From the NCBI GenBank assembly GCA_963753345.1, contig CAVWBU010000021.1, positions 1-64,000 of the forward strand: a stretch of 64,000 bases of DNA, given 5' to 3'. The first letter of the stretch is position 1; the number at the start of each line of letters is the position of its first letter. Source of the stretch: an uncultured Fibrobacterota bacterium. Lineage in GTDB: Bacteria > Fibrobacterota > Chitinivibrionia > Chitinivibrionales > FEN-1185. The notes beneath the pieces are model-generated. The model did no database searches, was not told where the DNA came from, and worked only from the letters and a program-made list of their open reading frames with translations. The translations under genes and the position numbers were made by a program. This document shows, in pieces, positions 50,280 to 60,147 of this stretch.

Positions 50280-51605
50280 TCAAAATTGGACCTGGAAATT
50301 GATCGCAACCATATCGCCGCGCATGGTCACATTTCCGTTTGCGTCAGGCGGTGCACTCTCATAGAGGGATTTCGGCCTTCCGCCTTGCTTGATATAATGT
50401 GCTGCGATTTTAAATCTGTTTTTATTCAGATACCAGTTGAGCCCGGCATCTAAGATGTGGTCGACACCGTTGGGATCAACCACGCTTGCCGCATCGCCGT
50501 CAAATTCGGTGTACATGAGCGCCGGTTCGAGAAACTGGCCCTTGGGAAGCGGAATGTCGTACCCGCCCCTGATATGGTACACCCGGTCCTCAAAGTTTGC
50601 GGCCGGCGCTTTCACGAGACCGCCGTGGTAGGAAATGCCGTTGACGCTGCGGGACATGACATCGTATTCACCATCGACATTGAGCCCCATGAAATTCCCC
50701 ACAAAGTCTCCGCCGAAGCTTCCATTTTTCTGAAAACCGCCGACGTACTTTACAGCGCCGGAATACGTCTTTGTGGCGGCAGCATACTTTACTGCGCTCG
50801 TGTCCCACGTTTCGTCCGTTGCACCCTGATAGCTGTAATGACCGCCGAACGTTATTCCCCTGCGCTGCCCGAAAAAATTGATATCGGGAGAAAGACGGTA
50901 CGAAGGCATGTCCGCATCAAAAAGGCTCACCGCGAGCCGGCCGACCGCCAGCGGATGCCATTTCCGGGGCCCGCCATCCGTTCCGGCAATCAATCCCTGC
51001 GTCGGATCAAATCCTCCAATATTATACGCCACCCCGACAAATTTTGAACCGTAAAATCCGCCGACATTCACGCCGGTTTCACGTCCGCTTGTCCTGCCTG
51101 TTAAAAAGGACCGCAGGTACGTGCTCGTTAACCCTTTGTCAAGAGAATTGACTCCTGCGTCGGGAGCAATGTTCTCATGCCCGCTTTGGGGCCGGAAATA
51201 CCCGAAGGTGATGTTCGCAAACCTTGGTTCAACCGCGTAGGTCATGTACAGGTCGTAGAGCTGGAAGGTGGCGTTCGTGGTGGCCTGGCCGGTGCCCAGC
51301 GAACCCGTGAACTGGTCTTTGCCGAGGTTGTCAAAGGCAAAGATTGTGGAATAGGTCAGGTTCGGGATCGCCTGGCCCTGCACGCCGACCCTGCCTTGTT
51401 TTAGAAAAAGGTCGGCGCAGTTAGAGGTGGCAGGCACATCATTCACATTCCACGTGTATGCCCCCCACACTTGGTACGTTTGTATCAGTTCCAGGTCGGA
51501 TTTTCCGTCGTTGAAGGTAAGTTTTGGCCCTGCAAAGATGGAAGGGGCGGATACGGTAGCCATGATCAGAAAAACAGCTGCAGTACAGACGATACAAGGT
51601 TTCAT
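50280..51605 (-). CDS. Putative anion porin (OprO/OprP-like beta-barrel)
   Basis: Signal peptide, GRETG, amphipathic strands, AGLNWYL, terminal FQVQF. Confidence 0.65.
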   Translation of the reverse strand: MKPCIVCTAAVFLIMATVSAPSIFAGPKLTFNDGKSDLELIQTYQVWGAYTWNVNDVPATSNCADLFLKQGRVGVQGQAIPNLTYSTIFAFDNLGKDQFTGSLGTGQATTNATFQLYDLYMTYAVEPRFANITFGYFRPQSGHENIAPDAGVNSLDKGLTSTYLRSFLTGRTSGRETGVNVGGFYGSKFVGVAYNIGGFDPTQGLIAGTDGGPRKWHPLAVGRLAVSLFDADMPSYRLSPDINFFGQRRGITFGGHYSYQGATDETWDTSAVKYAAATKTYSGAVKYVGGFQKNGSFGGDFVGNFMGLNVDGEYDVMSRSVNGISYHGGLVKAPAANFEDRVYHIRGGYDIPLPKGQFLEPALMYTEFDGDAASVVDPNGVDHILDAGLNWYLNKNRFKIAAHYIKQGGRPKSLYESAPPDANGNVTMRGDMVAINFQVQF

Positions 51606-51633
51606 GGTGAGTCCTTTCAGGAAGTTTATGGTG

Positions 51634-52509
51634 TTATTTTTTCACTTTTTGCGGTGAGTTTTGTTTGACCGCCAGCGGTATGAATGACTGCCGGTGAAAT
51701 TTCTCTATGCCGAACTCGGCGATGTATTTCTGGACATCCGGTGAGGTCAGAAAGCCGATGAATTGCATTGCCGCAACGTAATTCACCTTCGGGAACTTAG
51801 CCGGATTTATCGCCATGACATCGTAGTTGGTGAAAAGCTTGGCCGTGTCTTCCACCAACGGCACCAAATCAACGGTCTCCTGCATCTGTGTAAACGACGC
51901 CCACTGGGAAATGAAGTACGCTCGTTTCTTTGCGGCCATGGTCAATGTTTCCGACGTTCCTAACTTTGTTACAATGTACCAGTCGCCCTCCGGTTTTATT
52001 TTTATCATTTTCCAGAGCCGCAACTCCAACATATGCGTGCCGGATGAATCCCCTCTTGAAAAGAAGGTCGCCTTTGCTTTGGCGATCGTTTTCAAGGCCT
52101 CAAGTGCGTCCTTCATGCCCTTGATCTTTGCCGGATCCTCTTTTGGGCCCACGAGCACGAAATCCGAATAGCACACCTGCCGGAAATTCACCGCATACCC
52201 GTCCTTGATGAGCTGCTCCTCTTGCTCCTGGTCATGCCCCATCATAACGTCAATGTCATCAACGTCACTCGTGCCTTGATTGGCCCTGATGAACTTTACG
52301 GCGTCCCCGGTGCAAAGCGAGAGCACCTTGACGGGTATCTTATACTCCGCTTCAAATTTCTTGGCAAGCCCATTTGCCAAGCCCGGCGAAACGCAGGTAA
52401 CGGGGAAGATGACTTTCAATTCCCTTGCAGGATTTTCCGCCGCCTTTAATCCAGGCGACAATGTGAGAAAAAGACTTAAAACTGGCAGGAGAAGAATTCT
52501 TGTGGTCAT
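51634..52509 (-). CDS. Divergent TupA-like (tungstate) binding protein
   Basis: DFVLVGP..DPAKI, FFSRGDSSGTH..E..LW, NY.V.AINP..FP.VN; canonical TTTS motif replaced by PVTC. Confidence 0.8.
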   Translation of the reverse strand: MTTRILLLPVLSLFLTLSPGLKAAENPARELKVIFPVTCVSPGLANGLAKKFEAEYKIPVKVLSLCTGDAVKFIRANQGTSDVDDIDVMMGHDQEQEEQLIKDGYAVNFRQVCYSDFVLVGPKEDPAKIKGMKDALEALKTIAKAKATFFSRGDSSGTHMLELRLWKMIKIKPEGDWYIVTKLGTSETLTMAAKKRAYFISQWASFTQMQETVDLVPLVEDTAKLFTNYDVMAINPAKFPKVNYVAAMQFIGFLTSPDVQKYIAEFGIEKFHRQSFIPLAVKQNSPQKVKK

Positions 52510-52561
52510 TAAAACCCCCCTTGTATGAATTGTATGAAAACACGTCGCGACATACGATAGT

Positions 52562-52589
52562 ATCGTAATATAATAAATTATATAACTGA
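52562..52589. promoter_or_regulatory. ModE-type operator upstream of tupA-porin-modA
   Basis: ATCGTAATATA-N6-TATATAAC fits the ModE consensus ATCGNTATATA-N6-TATATANCGAT. Confidence 0.75.
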
Positions 52590-52662
52590 GCCATAAAGAA
52601 AAATTTGGCCTGAGAAATGCGCTCGGCTCGGTTTTTGACTGCCAGAATGGATTTAAAACGGA

Positions 52663-53358
52663 ATGCTTGGTTCCTTATTCATCTGCAGCATGGTGCTTAC
52701 AATAACAATGCATACCAAACAACCACGCTATGATTTCTTGTATGAGTCAGCGATCCAGCAAGGCTGGTCCGGATGGGGTTGGGATGACCGGCTGGCGAAA
52801 GGCCCTGAACAAGTCGCACGCCTACTTGCTCAGCCGGATGTTCCTCCCAAAGGGAAAGTCCTTGAACTGGGCTGCGGTGAAGGACAACTTTGCAGGCTCC
52901 TTGCTCAACATGGGTATGATGTCACCGGCGTAGATATTTCGTCCGTGGCGATTTGCTGGGCGAAGGAAAAGAACGTTTTTCATCATACTGCTATTCGGTA
53001 TTTCCATGGGGATCTCAGTCGTGCCGACTTTCCGGTGCTGGAACAGTTTGATTTGATCGTTGATGGAAATTGTTTCCATTGCATTTTTGGTGATAGTCGT
53101 CCTGCCTTTCTGAAAAATGTGTATGCGAACCTATCAGATAGCGGGATCTTTTTTGTCAGTAGCTTATGCAGCCAAGATGCAGATAATCATATAATTCTAC
53201 GAGATGGCGAACCATATCGGCATGTTCCAACTTCCGACACTCTGAGAGATGAAGTCCAGCATGCGGGATTTGACGTATTAAATCTGCATATTTACAAGCA
53301 CAGCGAAAGGGATTATAACCATATAAATCTCTTTTGTAAAAAGCGGAACAAAGAGTAA
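52663..53358 (+). CDS. Class I SAM-dependent methyltransferase (true start may be about 52708)
   Basis: VLELGCGEG, TGVDIS, FDLIVDGNCFHCI. Confidence 0.85.
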   Translation: MLGSLFICSMVLTITMHTKQPRYDFLYESAIQQGWSGWGWDDRLAKGPEQVARLLAQPDVPPKGKVLELGCGEGQLCRLLAQHGYDVTGVDISSVAICWAKEKNVFHHTAIRYFHGDLSRADFPVLEQFDLIVDGNCFHCIFGDSRPAFLKNVYANLSDSGIFFVSSLCSQDADNHIILRDGEPYRHVPTSDTLRDEVQHAGFDVLNLHIYKHSERDYNHINLFCKKRNKE

Positions 53359-53425
53359 TGAAGCGGCCGGGCGAGCGCGACCCTCTGTTTTTGGCTGCGG
53401 TGCAAAAGCCAAGCAAATAACATAT

Positions 53426-54046
53426 CTATTTTTGAAAAACGATCCACGTTCCTGTTTCCCCGCCATCCACGCTCCCTTTTATCCCGAGCTCGTTTAGAAC
53501 CGCCTGGTAATATTCCGGGGAGAATTTCTGCACGCGTTCTTTTCTTCGCTTTTTCCATTCTTCGTTATCGGCGTTGAATTCTTCTACTTCACGCAACAAT
53601 TCGGCGGAACCGAAACCACCACCGATGTAGGCCCAGCCTTTGGGTTTTAAGACCCGCATCACCTCGGAAAGCCCCTTTTTATGGTCTTCCCAGAAGAAGA
53701 TCGATCCGCGGGATGCTACGAGGTCGATGGAGTTGTCGGCAAAAGGCAATTCCTCGGCCCTGCCCTGGCGGGCGCTCATTCTTTTCGCAAGTGATCGAGC
53801 CGCGATATTCTCCCTGGCCACATCAATGCACTCCTGCAGAAGGTCGCATACGGTAACCTGCAAATCCGACTGTTCGGTCAGCGCGATTCCGAGCATGCCG
53901 GGGCCGCCGCCCAAATCGATGCATATGCCTTGTGTAACGCCTGTGCGCTCGATAATCTGCTTCGCTACTAAAGGATAGACCTTTGTCATGGGACCGCGCA
54001 AAGCAGAATCATTATACCTGCGCGCATCCATGTGAAAACTATTCAC
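53426..54046 (-). CDS. Class I SAM-dependent methyltransferase
   Basis: CIDLGGGPG, LPFADNSIDLVASRGSIFFW, RVLKPKG.AYIGGGFG. Confidence 0.88.
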   Translation of the reverse strand: MNSFHMDARRYNDSALRGPMTKVYPLVAKQIIERTGVTQGICIDLGGGPGMLGIALTEQSDLQVTVCDLLQECIDVARENIAARSLAKRMSARQGRAEELPFADNSIDLVASRGSIFFWEDHKKGLSEVMRVLKPKGWAYIGGGFGSAELLREVEEFNADNEEWKKRRKERVQKFSPEYYQAVLNELGIKGSVDGGETGTWIVFQK

Positions 54047-55089
54047 AGCGGCGGAAGATGTTGGAGGATTCTATCCGCGTCCTGATCCGTGATATTCTTC
54101 CTATATAATTCGGCATAAAATGTTTTCATTTCCTTTATCATGTCCCATTCCTTGAATACCTGAGGATGAAATAATTTCGCCAAATATATCATGAGCAGCA
54201 CGCCTTCGCTGCTCGCATGGTCCCAGGCATACACTCCCATCGGAAGGCGATACACTTTGCCGTCCTTGACGGCCTTCAAGGACGCCCATTGTGGATTTTT
54301 CTTCAGGAAATCCATGGAATCACATAATCCGCTCATAAGAATGATATCCGGATTCCATGATACTATTTGAGCAATGGTGGCTTTCGCATGATTGTCGGTA
54401 AGCGCCTGAGGCAGATACTTGCCGCCGGCAACTTCGGCATTCCAATGCATGACGCTCCCCATTCCTTGGCTGCCGAGCGGATCGTTATGCAAGCCTCCGT
54501 AATACACCGCCGGTCTGTCTTTTTTGTCAAATTTAGATGTAACGGCAAGAATTTGCTTGACCTTTTTTTCGAAATATTTATTGTATTTATCCGCCCGTGC
54601 TTTCGCGTCCGGACCCAGTAGATCACCGAATAAGGTAACCTGCCTTTCAAAATTGTTCATGTAGTCATCAAGGTTCATGGGCCTTTTTTCCGCCGAGAAG
54701 GCGCAAACGGTCTTTACGCCAACGGAATCATACTGCTCATGCTTGGTCATCCCCGGTGTATAGAGCACAAAATCGACCTTCATGTCGGCTACCTGCTTCG
54801 GTTTCATGTCCTTATTCGAGCGGGCGTTTCTAATTTCCGGGAAAAGCTTAAAAGCCCATGGGGACTGCTCCGGCATGAGACAAATGCTGCTTCCCTTGCC
54901 GAGTGTCATGATTTTTTCCGCGGAAACGCAATGCATGCAGGCGATCCGTTGAGGATTGGCCGGAACTTCGACTTTGTTGTCGCACATGTCGGTTATTGTT
55001 TTATATTCTCCTGCGTAAAGTGAAGGACTATGCACACCTATCACGCAGAATACGGCAGATAGAATAACAAGAATATTTCTCTTGTCCAT
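54043..55089 (-). CDS. Class III (BtuF/FepB-like) ABC substrate-binding protein
   Basis: ITDM....VEVP.NPQRI, WNPDII, W.SLKAVKDGKVY..P.GVY.WD, FY. Confidence 0.85.
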   Translation of the reverse strand: MDKRNILVILSAVFCVIGVHSPSLYAGEYKTITDMCDNKVEVPANPQRIACMHCVSAEKIMTLGKGSSICLMPEQSPWAFKLFPEIRNARSNKDMKPKQVADMKVDFVLYTPGMTKHEQYDSVGVKTVCAFSAEKRPMNLDDYMNNFERQVTLFGDLLGPDAKARADKYNKYFEKKVKQILAVTSKFDKKDRPAVYYGGLHNDPLGSQGMGSVMHWNAEVAGGKYLPQALTDNHAKATIAQIVSWNPDIILMSGLCDSMDFLKKNPQWASLKAVKDGKVYRLPMGVYAWDHASSEGVLLMIYLAKLFHPQVFKEWDMIKEMKTFYAELYRKNITDQDADRILQHLPPL

Positions 55090-55217
55090 CGTAAGACCCT
55101 CCTTGTATTGTTTTATTTTTTGCAAATCTGAAAAGAAGCCCCCCGCTTCAAACGCAGGGGCTGTATTCAGACCTGCAAAATCCATAAATCATTTACAAAG
55201 GTATTTGAGTATCAATT

Positions 55218-57404
55218 TCAATCAATATTGAAATTCGTATGGAGGTTGACAAAGAACGTGCGTCCTTCCTCCGGATATCCTGCTTCTAGACAGTAGTTCT
55301 TGTCAAAGGCATTCCTTAGCCCCCCCTCAAGTGATGCGTTTGCACCCAGAGGAACATTTAATGATGCATTCCAGAGAATGAACTCGGGCACTGTGGATCC
55401 CTGGCTTGTCGTATAGCGCCATGTATCGTATTCTACGCTTACGAGGGCATAGCATCCGGTGATCGGCGTATACTTGACATATCCGAGACCTTTTCCCCGA
55501 GGTATATCGGTAAATTTGATCGCTGGGTGAGAGAGGTTGTGTTTGTTGAGATAGCTGCCGTTTGCGCCAATCTCTAACGCTTTCGCCCACTCGAGATCGT
55601 GAAGAACCGTAGCATCAAGACTCAGCTCAAATCCCGGCATTTCAGCTTCACCGGTATTCTGCATCTGTGACCGTGCATTTGCATCAAGTACACCCGCTTT
55701 AATCACGCTGTCAACCGACTGTATCGCATCATATAAATGCGTGTAGAAAAGGCTGACATGGCCGGCTAATGACCATGTTCCCATATTCAATCCTGCATCA
55801 TAGGCCGCCTCACAATTAACGGCATCTTCAGGCTGAAGAGTGGGATTGGGAATCGCGGTGCCCAACTTGTAGGAATATCGGTCTTTGAGCGTCGGGAACC
55901 TTGTCTTACGCGCTATCGATATGCTCGCATTTTGTGAACTACCGATATCAACTGCCGCCTTGCCCTCCGCATTAAACGCTTGGGCGTTGTTGCTGGGGAA
56001 AGGAACTATCGAGTCAAAAACATTCTGAAATATTTTGCCGTTGTAGTGAGAATAGAAATTGTCCGCTTCAACGCTTGACCGGTAGTCGTAAGAAATGCCT
56101 CCTGTCAAGTTAAGAATCTTCAGAATAGTGCCTCCGTCCTCCAAACCAATGGAAAACGTGTTGTCCTTGAAATGCCTCAAAGGCTCCGCCTGATACGGTT
56201 CGCTGTTGGCTACCTTGGCGGTGTCATAGACATTATGTTCTTGATGATAGTCTCGTTTGCCATGAAGAGCGAGACTCATCTCGTTTCCCGGGATAATAGT
56301 AGTACCGAGTTCAACGGCGCCGCCCGCCGTCCAGTCATCATAAGAGCTCATAAAAGAAGACCTTTTCTTGAATGTCGAATAGGTCGAATCGTCACAAGCG
56401 AAAAGGCTGTTGCTCAGTTCGTTATAATAGACCGGAACCTTGAGAGAAAAATCATTTGAAAGCATGGTTTTTGAAGACAGATAGACACTCTGTTTGTCCC
56501 AATAGGGCCAATACCAGTAGCGCACCATACCCGTGGGATCATCGGTCGGCGGGACACCCTTTTCTCCATGTTGATTATCATAGGAGAGTACATATTCATC
56601 ACCTGGCGCGGGATCCCACCCGATTTTTGCACTCGCTTTTGCATCACGGCGATATGAATTTGTGCGTAACCCGCTGCTCTGAAGCGCAGTTGGAGTAAAT
56701 GCTTTCGACAATTCATAATTGCCTTTGTCAAGATCAGAAATCGAGCCCATCAGAAAGAAATTACCCAATCGAGACCCTACGCCTATGTTAATGAGACTGC
56801 CGTTAAAATGGGGCATAAGCGTTGAGTCGCGCTTCGTATCGACATACCCCACAGTGCCCAAATCAGCTTGCAGCTCGAACTTGTGCACCGGTTTCCGGGT
56901 AACCAGATTGATCGCGCCGCCGATAGCATTTGGGCCGTAGAGCACCGAAGAATATCCTTTTTCAACCTTTATTTCCGAATAATCGAATGTCGTGAACCGG
57001 CCCAGATCGACATACCCGTCGTACGGCACATAAATCGGAACGCCGTCTATGTAGAGCGGAACCGACCGCAGATCAAATCCTCGGACATACACCTGCGACT
57101 CGTTTCTTGGACCGATATCGGAGACGTTTACTCCGGGAAGAAGCGAAAGTGCGCGGGCAACATCCGTGCGGTCAAATTCCTTCATTTGTGCACTGGTGAC
57201 AACATCCTTATTCTGTTGTTTTTTTTCGCTGCCTGTGACGACAACGGTTCCAAGCGAAAAGACCGATGATGTATCCGGCTTGAGTGCGCTGTCCTGCGGA
57301 CTTGTACTGGTGCCGTCAGCAGCGCTCGATAGAAATGCATTTACTATAAGGAATAGAGAAAACGGGACTAAAGAGTGATTGATTTTTTGGTGTACACGCA
57401 ACAT
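55218..57404 (-). CDS. TonB-dependent receptor
   Basis: TVVVTG TonB box, LPGV...VYVRGFD...IDGVP plug, KGYSSVLYGPNAIGGAIN, NP.LQPE, NAFDKNY..GYP..GRTF. Confidence 0.93.
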   Translation of the reverse strand: MLRVHQKINHSLVPFSLFLIVNAFLSSAADGTSTSPQDSALKPDTSSVFSLGTVVVTGSEKKQQNKDVVTSAQMKEFDRTDVARALSLLPGVNVSDIGPRNESQVYVRGFDLRSVPLYIDGVPIYVPYDGYVDLGRFTTFDYSEIKVEKGYSSVLYGPNAIGGAINLVTRKPVHKFELQADLGTVGYVDTKRDSTLMPHFNGSLINIGVGSRLGNFFLMGSISDLDKGNYELSKAFTPTALQSSGLRTNSYRRDAKASAKIGWDPAPGDEYVLSYDNQHGEKGVPPTDDPTGMVRYWYWPYWDKQSVYLSSKTMLSNDFSLKVPVYYNELSNSLFACDDSTYSTFKKRSSFMSSYDDWTAGGAVELGTTIIPGNEMSLALHGKRDYHQEHNVYDTAKVANSEPYQAEPLRHFKDNTFSIGLEDGGTILKILNLTGGISYDYRSSVEADNFYSHYNGKIFQNVFDSIVPFPSNNAQAFNAEGKAAVDIGSSQNASISIARKTRFPTLKDRYSYKLGTAIPNPTLQPEDAVNCEAAYDAGLNMGTWSLAGHVSLFYTHLYDAIQSVDSVIKAGVLDANARSQMQNTGEAEMPGFELSLDATVLHDLEWAKALEIGANGSYLNKHNLSHPAIKFTDIPRGKGLGYVKYTPITGCYALVSVEYDTWRYTTSQGSTVPEFILWNASLNVPLGANASLEGGLRNAFDKNYCLEAGYPEEGRTFFVNLHTNFNID

Positions 57405-57462
57405 AGGAATCCTTTCAGAAAAGAGTGGTTGAAAATCCCCAGGGTAGTTGCCTGACAAATAG

Positions 57463-57486
57463 CGTAATATGTTTTTTTATATTACG
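57463..57486. promoter_or_regulatory. Second ModE-type operator, upstream of the TonB-dependent receptor
   Basis: CGTAATATG-TTTTTT-TATATTACG; same half-site and 6-nt spacer as 52562-52589. Confidence 0.7.
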
Positions 57487-57606
57487 GTGGGTGACATATC
57501 CCTCCTTTGGATAGGTGTGACGAGGATAATTATTCAGAAACTTACAGGTTCACTTTCCGCAGTACGTGTCGTGAGTCCACGTATGGTTTGCGGCATCGCG
57601 CAACCT

Positions 57607-58389
57607 TTAAGACGTCTGCCGAGAATCGGCGCTTCCCGGACCCGCCCCGAGCATTTCAATACTGATTTTCTGCAACGCGCCTTGCGGAGCATGCATGATG
57701 CTGCCTCCACCCATCCCGAAATAGCGAAGGGTTTTTTGCACATCAATAATTCGTGAAGTGCCCAGCCGGTGCAGACCCAATTTGAACAAGACGGGTGTGA
57801 GCGGCACCGTTGGCCCCATGATGACACGGGTTGTTGCGTTAGGGGTCCTGCGAATTACCTCCCCGAACGTTCCGTTCACGAGCGTGAGCCCGGTCATGAA
57901 CACCAGTTTCGCACGGGAAAGCACGGCATGCGAATCGTCCCAATGAATGTCCCCCGGTCTGGGCAGAAGTTCCACAATGGATACCGGCCGCCCTTCATCG
58001 CGCCATATCTCGGCATCATGAAAATGGCCGATAAAACAGGAAGGGTGACTCTTGGTCTGCTCCGAAAACGGGTCTGTTGCCGAGCTTACGCTGAATTCGG
58101 TAACCAATGGGATCACGCATTTCAGGCAGGCCATGCCCACCGCAATCCGAAGAGCATCCGTCGAAGCAAGATGTTCTTCCGCGATTTCCGCTGCCTTCCG
58201 TCCTATCAGATCACCCAGCCAGGTGTCACGGGGGTTTTCGGTGAGTCCGGGAGTGGCTGAGAAGCAGGTTGACATTTCATAGCGCCCGGCTTTGATCACC
58301 ACCCAGTGATGGAATAGATGGATGTCTTCTATCAGAGCCGCATGATCCGTTATGGCGGGAATGAGCGTTTCACGTACAAGCGTTTCCAT
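57607..58389 (-). CDS. DUF364 (Rossmann-like, putative metal chelation) protein
   Basis: AVGMACL, FIGHF, IVEL.PRPGD, VFMTGLTLVNGT, MGPTVPLTP. Confidence 0.8.
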   Translation of the reverse strand: METLVRETLIPAITDHAALIEDIHLFHHWVVIKAGRYEMSTCFSATPGLTENPRDTWLGDLIGRKAAEIAEEHLASTDALRIAVGMACLKCVIPLVTEFSVSSATDPFSEQTKSHPSCFIGHFHDAEIWRDEGRPVSIVELLPRPGDIHWDDSHAVLSRAKLVFMTGLTLVNGTFGEVIRRTPNATTRVIMGPTVPLTPVLFKLGLHRLGTSRIIDVQKTLRYFGMGGGSIMHAPQGALQKISIEMLGAGPGSADSRQTS

Positions 58390-58431
58390 GGAATTTCTTT
58401 TCCTACATGTCAAACAATGATGCAACTCTAT

Positions 58432-59247
58432 TCATCGGACATCGGCCGGATGCAGCTTCACCATGCGCGCGCCCTGTTTGAAAATGGACCTGTCCCCTCC
58501 CTGAGCCACATGTTGCCAGATTTTATCGGCATCGATAACCGTGGTGCCGGCCAGGGACGCGATTCCTTTGCCGAACCACATAGGGGTCAGCGGAACGCTC
58601 GGACCGACCAGGACCATGCGGGTATTGTGGCCCAGTTCCATGAGCCGTGGCAATGTCTTGTTGGTGAGCGTGACACCGGTCATGAACAGAAAATCCTGAT
58701 CTTCCAGGATGTATTCACAAGCAGGATCCGGGAAATCGCCATCTTGGGGATTCCGTTCCAGGATCGAAAGCCGGCACACGGCCGCTAATTCGTCAAGGTC
58801 CGGAAAGTGGCCCACCACCGTTGCCTTCTTGCCGGTAAGCTCGGGTTTCATGACGACAAAGACACTCTCGTTGACCTGCGACTCCAGTTGCGCCTTCCAT
58901 ATCTTTGTCATTGTAGAAGGCGCATTGACATAGGCGTTGATCGCAGCAACACCAAGGGCCGCCTCGTATGGGTGCCATGACTTGACAAAAGCCGCCAGAT
59001 CACGCAGCCTGCGGCCCTTGAACGCTCCGGCGCCCGAAATGGAGTGGGAACCATGCGGTGGCGTCATGGCGACGCCAACCCCTGCCGAACGCACAAGCGT
59101 CCAGTGAATGCCGACAAGCACGTCGTCGACCATCAGGTCGCCGGGGATCAGCGAAATCAGTTGGTCGTACAACTCCCACTTCGACGAAGCAATCCCTTCG
59201 CCTGACGGGGTGGTGCCAGACGAATGGCGGTCACCAGGGTTTTTCAT
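58432..59247 (-). CDS. DUF364 protein (paralog)
   Basis: SWHPYEAALGVAAINA, VVGHFP, ILERNPQDGDFPDPACEY, TGVTLTNKTLPRL, VGPSVP. Confidence 0.88.
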   Translation of the reverse strand: MKNPGDRHSSGTTPSGEGIASSKWELYDQLISLIPGDLMVDDVLVGIHWTLVRSAGVGVAMTPPHGSHSISGAGAFKGRRLRDLAAFVKSWHPYEAALGVAAINAYVNAPSTMTKIWKAQLESQVNESVFVVMKPELTGKKATVVGHFPDLDELAAVCRLSILERNPQDGDFPDPACEYILEDQDFLFMTGVTLTNKTLPRLMELGHNTRMVLVGPSVPLTPMWFGKGIASLAGTTVIDADKIWQHVAQGGDRSIFKQGARMVKLHPADVR

Positions 59248-60107
59248 TTCTTCTCCGATTTATCAGGTGTGATGGTTCCCTCCTCGTGCCACGGAAACCT
59301 GAAATGTTCTGGCGTACCTTTGTTGATGAGGAGAATTATCTGAGCCAATATTGCCAAGGCGATCTGCTCTGGAAGATTGTTGGCGATCTTCAAACCTACC
59401 GGCGAGTAAAGCCTGTTGTCAACGCGGACGTTGCGGGAACGGATATTGTTGACGATGACGCCGATTTTCTTCTGGCTGCCGATCATACCGATATAGGGGA
59501 CATCCTTGTTCCGAAGGAGTTGTTCCAGGCAGACTTCGTCGTGAACGTGGCCGTGAGTGAGAATAACACAATAGCTGGCTTGACTGAGCCGGATGGATTC
59601 CGAAAGTGTTTCGTATGGTTTGCACACGCGCTCAATGGCCGTGGGAAAACGTTCGGGAGAAGCGAATTCCGGTCGATTGTCAAAAACGCGGTATGGCATA
59701 TACAGGACTTCGCAAAGCTTGCCAAGCCTTTCGCCGATATGGCCGCCCCCGAATATGACCACCTCGTTCGGCGGGAGTATCGGCTCAATGAATACCGTGA
59801 CCTTTCCTCCGCATATCGACTGAATCGTCTTCTCCGGTGTAACCTGCCATTTGTCGCCCGCCAGGGAAAAATCCAGCGTCTTGCATTTGTCTTCCTTGAT
59901 GGCTGCGAGTGCCTCCTCGCGGCTGATATGTTCCACCGGACCGCCGCCCACCGAACCGGCAATCTCGTTCGCCACGCTTACCACCATCTTGGAGCCCACA
60001 CCCCGCGGCGCGGAACCTTCGGCTTTTATAATAGTTACAATCGCGCAGGCGATTCCCTTGTTCTTCCATTCATTCAAACTCTTGAGCCACATGGTCGCTC
60101 CTTTCAA
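59244..60107 (-). CDS. XdhC/CoxI/YqeB family Moco-handling accessory protein
   Basis: GSAPR..GSKM, GSVGGG.VE, CGG.V.VFIE, IFGGGHIG, YIGMIGS.KK, SPVGL.I, PEQIALAI.AQI. Confidence 0.9.
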   Translation of the reverse strand: MKGATMWLKSLNEWKNKGIACAIVTIIKAEGSAPRGVGSKMVVSVANEIAGSVGGGPVEHISREEALAAIKEDKCKTLDFSLAGDKWQVTPEKTIQSICGGKVTVFIEPILPPNEVVIFGGGHIGERLGKLCEVLYMPYRVFDNRPEFASPERFPTAIERVCKPYETLSESIRLSQASYCVILTHGHVHDEVCLEQLLRNKDVPYIGMIGSQKKIGVIVNNIRSRNVRVDNRLYSPVGLKIANNLPEQIALAILAQIILLINKGTPEHFRFPWHEEGTITPDKSEKK

Positions 60108-60147
60108 ATCTGTGAGGATAGGACCGGCGTACGAGATACAGAGGCCC

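Noticed and set aside
52663-54046. The two methyltransferases as the missing ArsM
   Set aside because: They lack the ArsM-type GCGNP/Cys pattern, are 30 kb away and lie in the Mo/TonB region.
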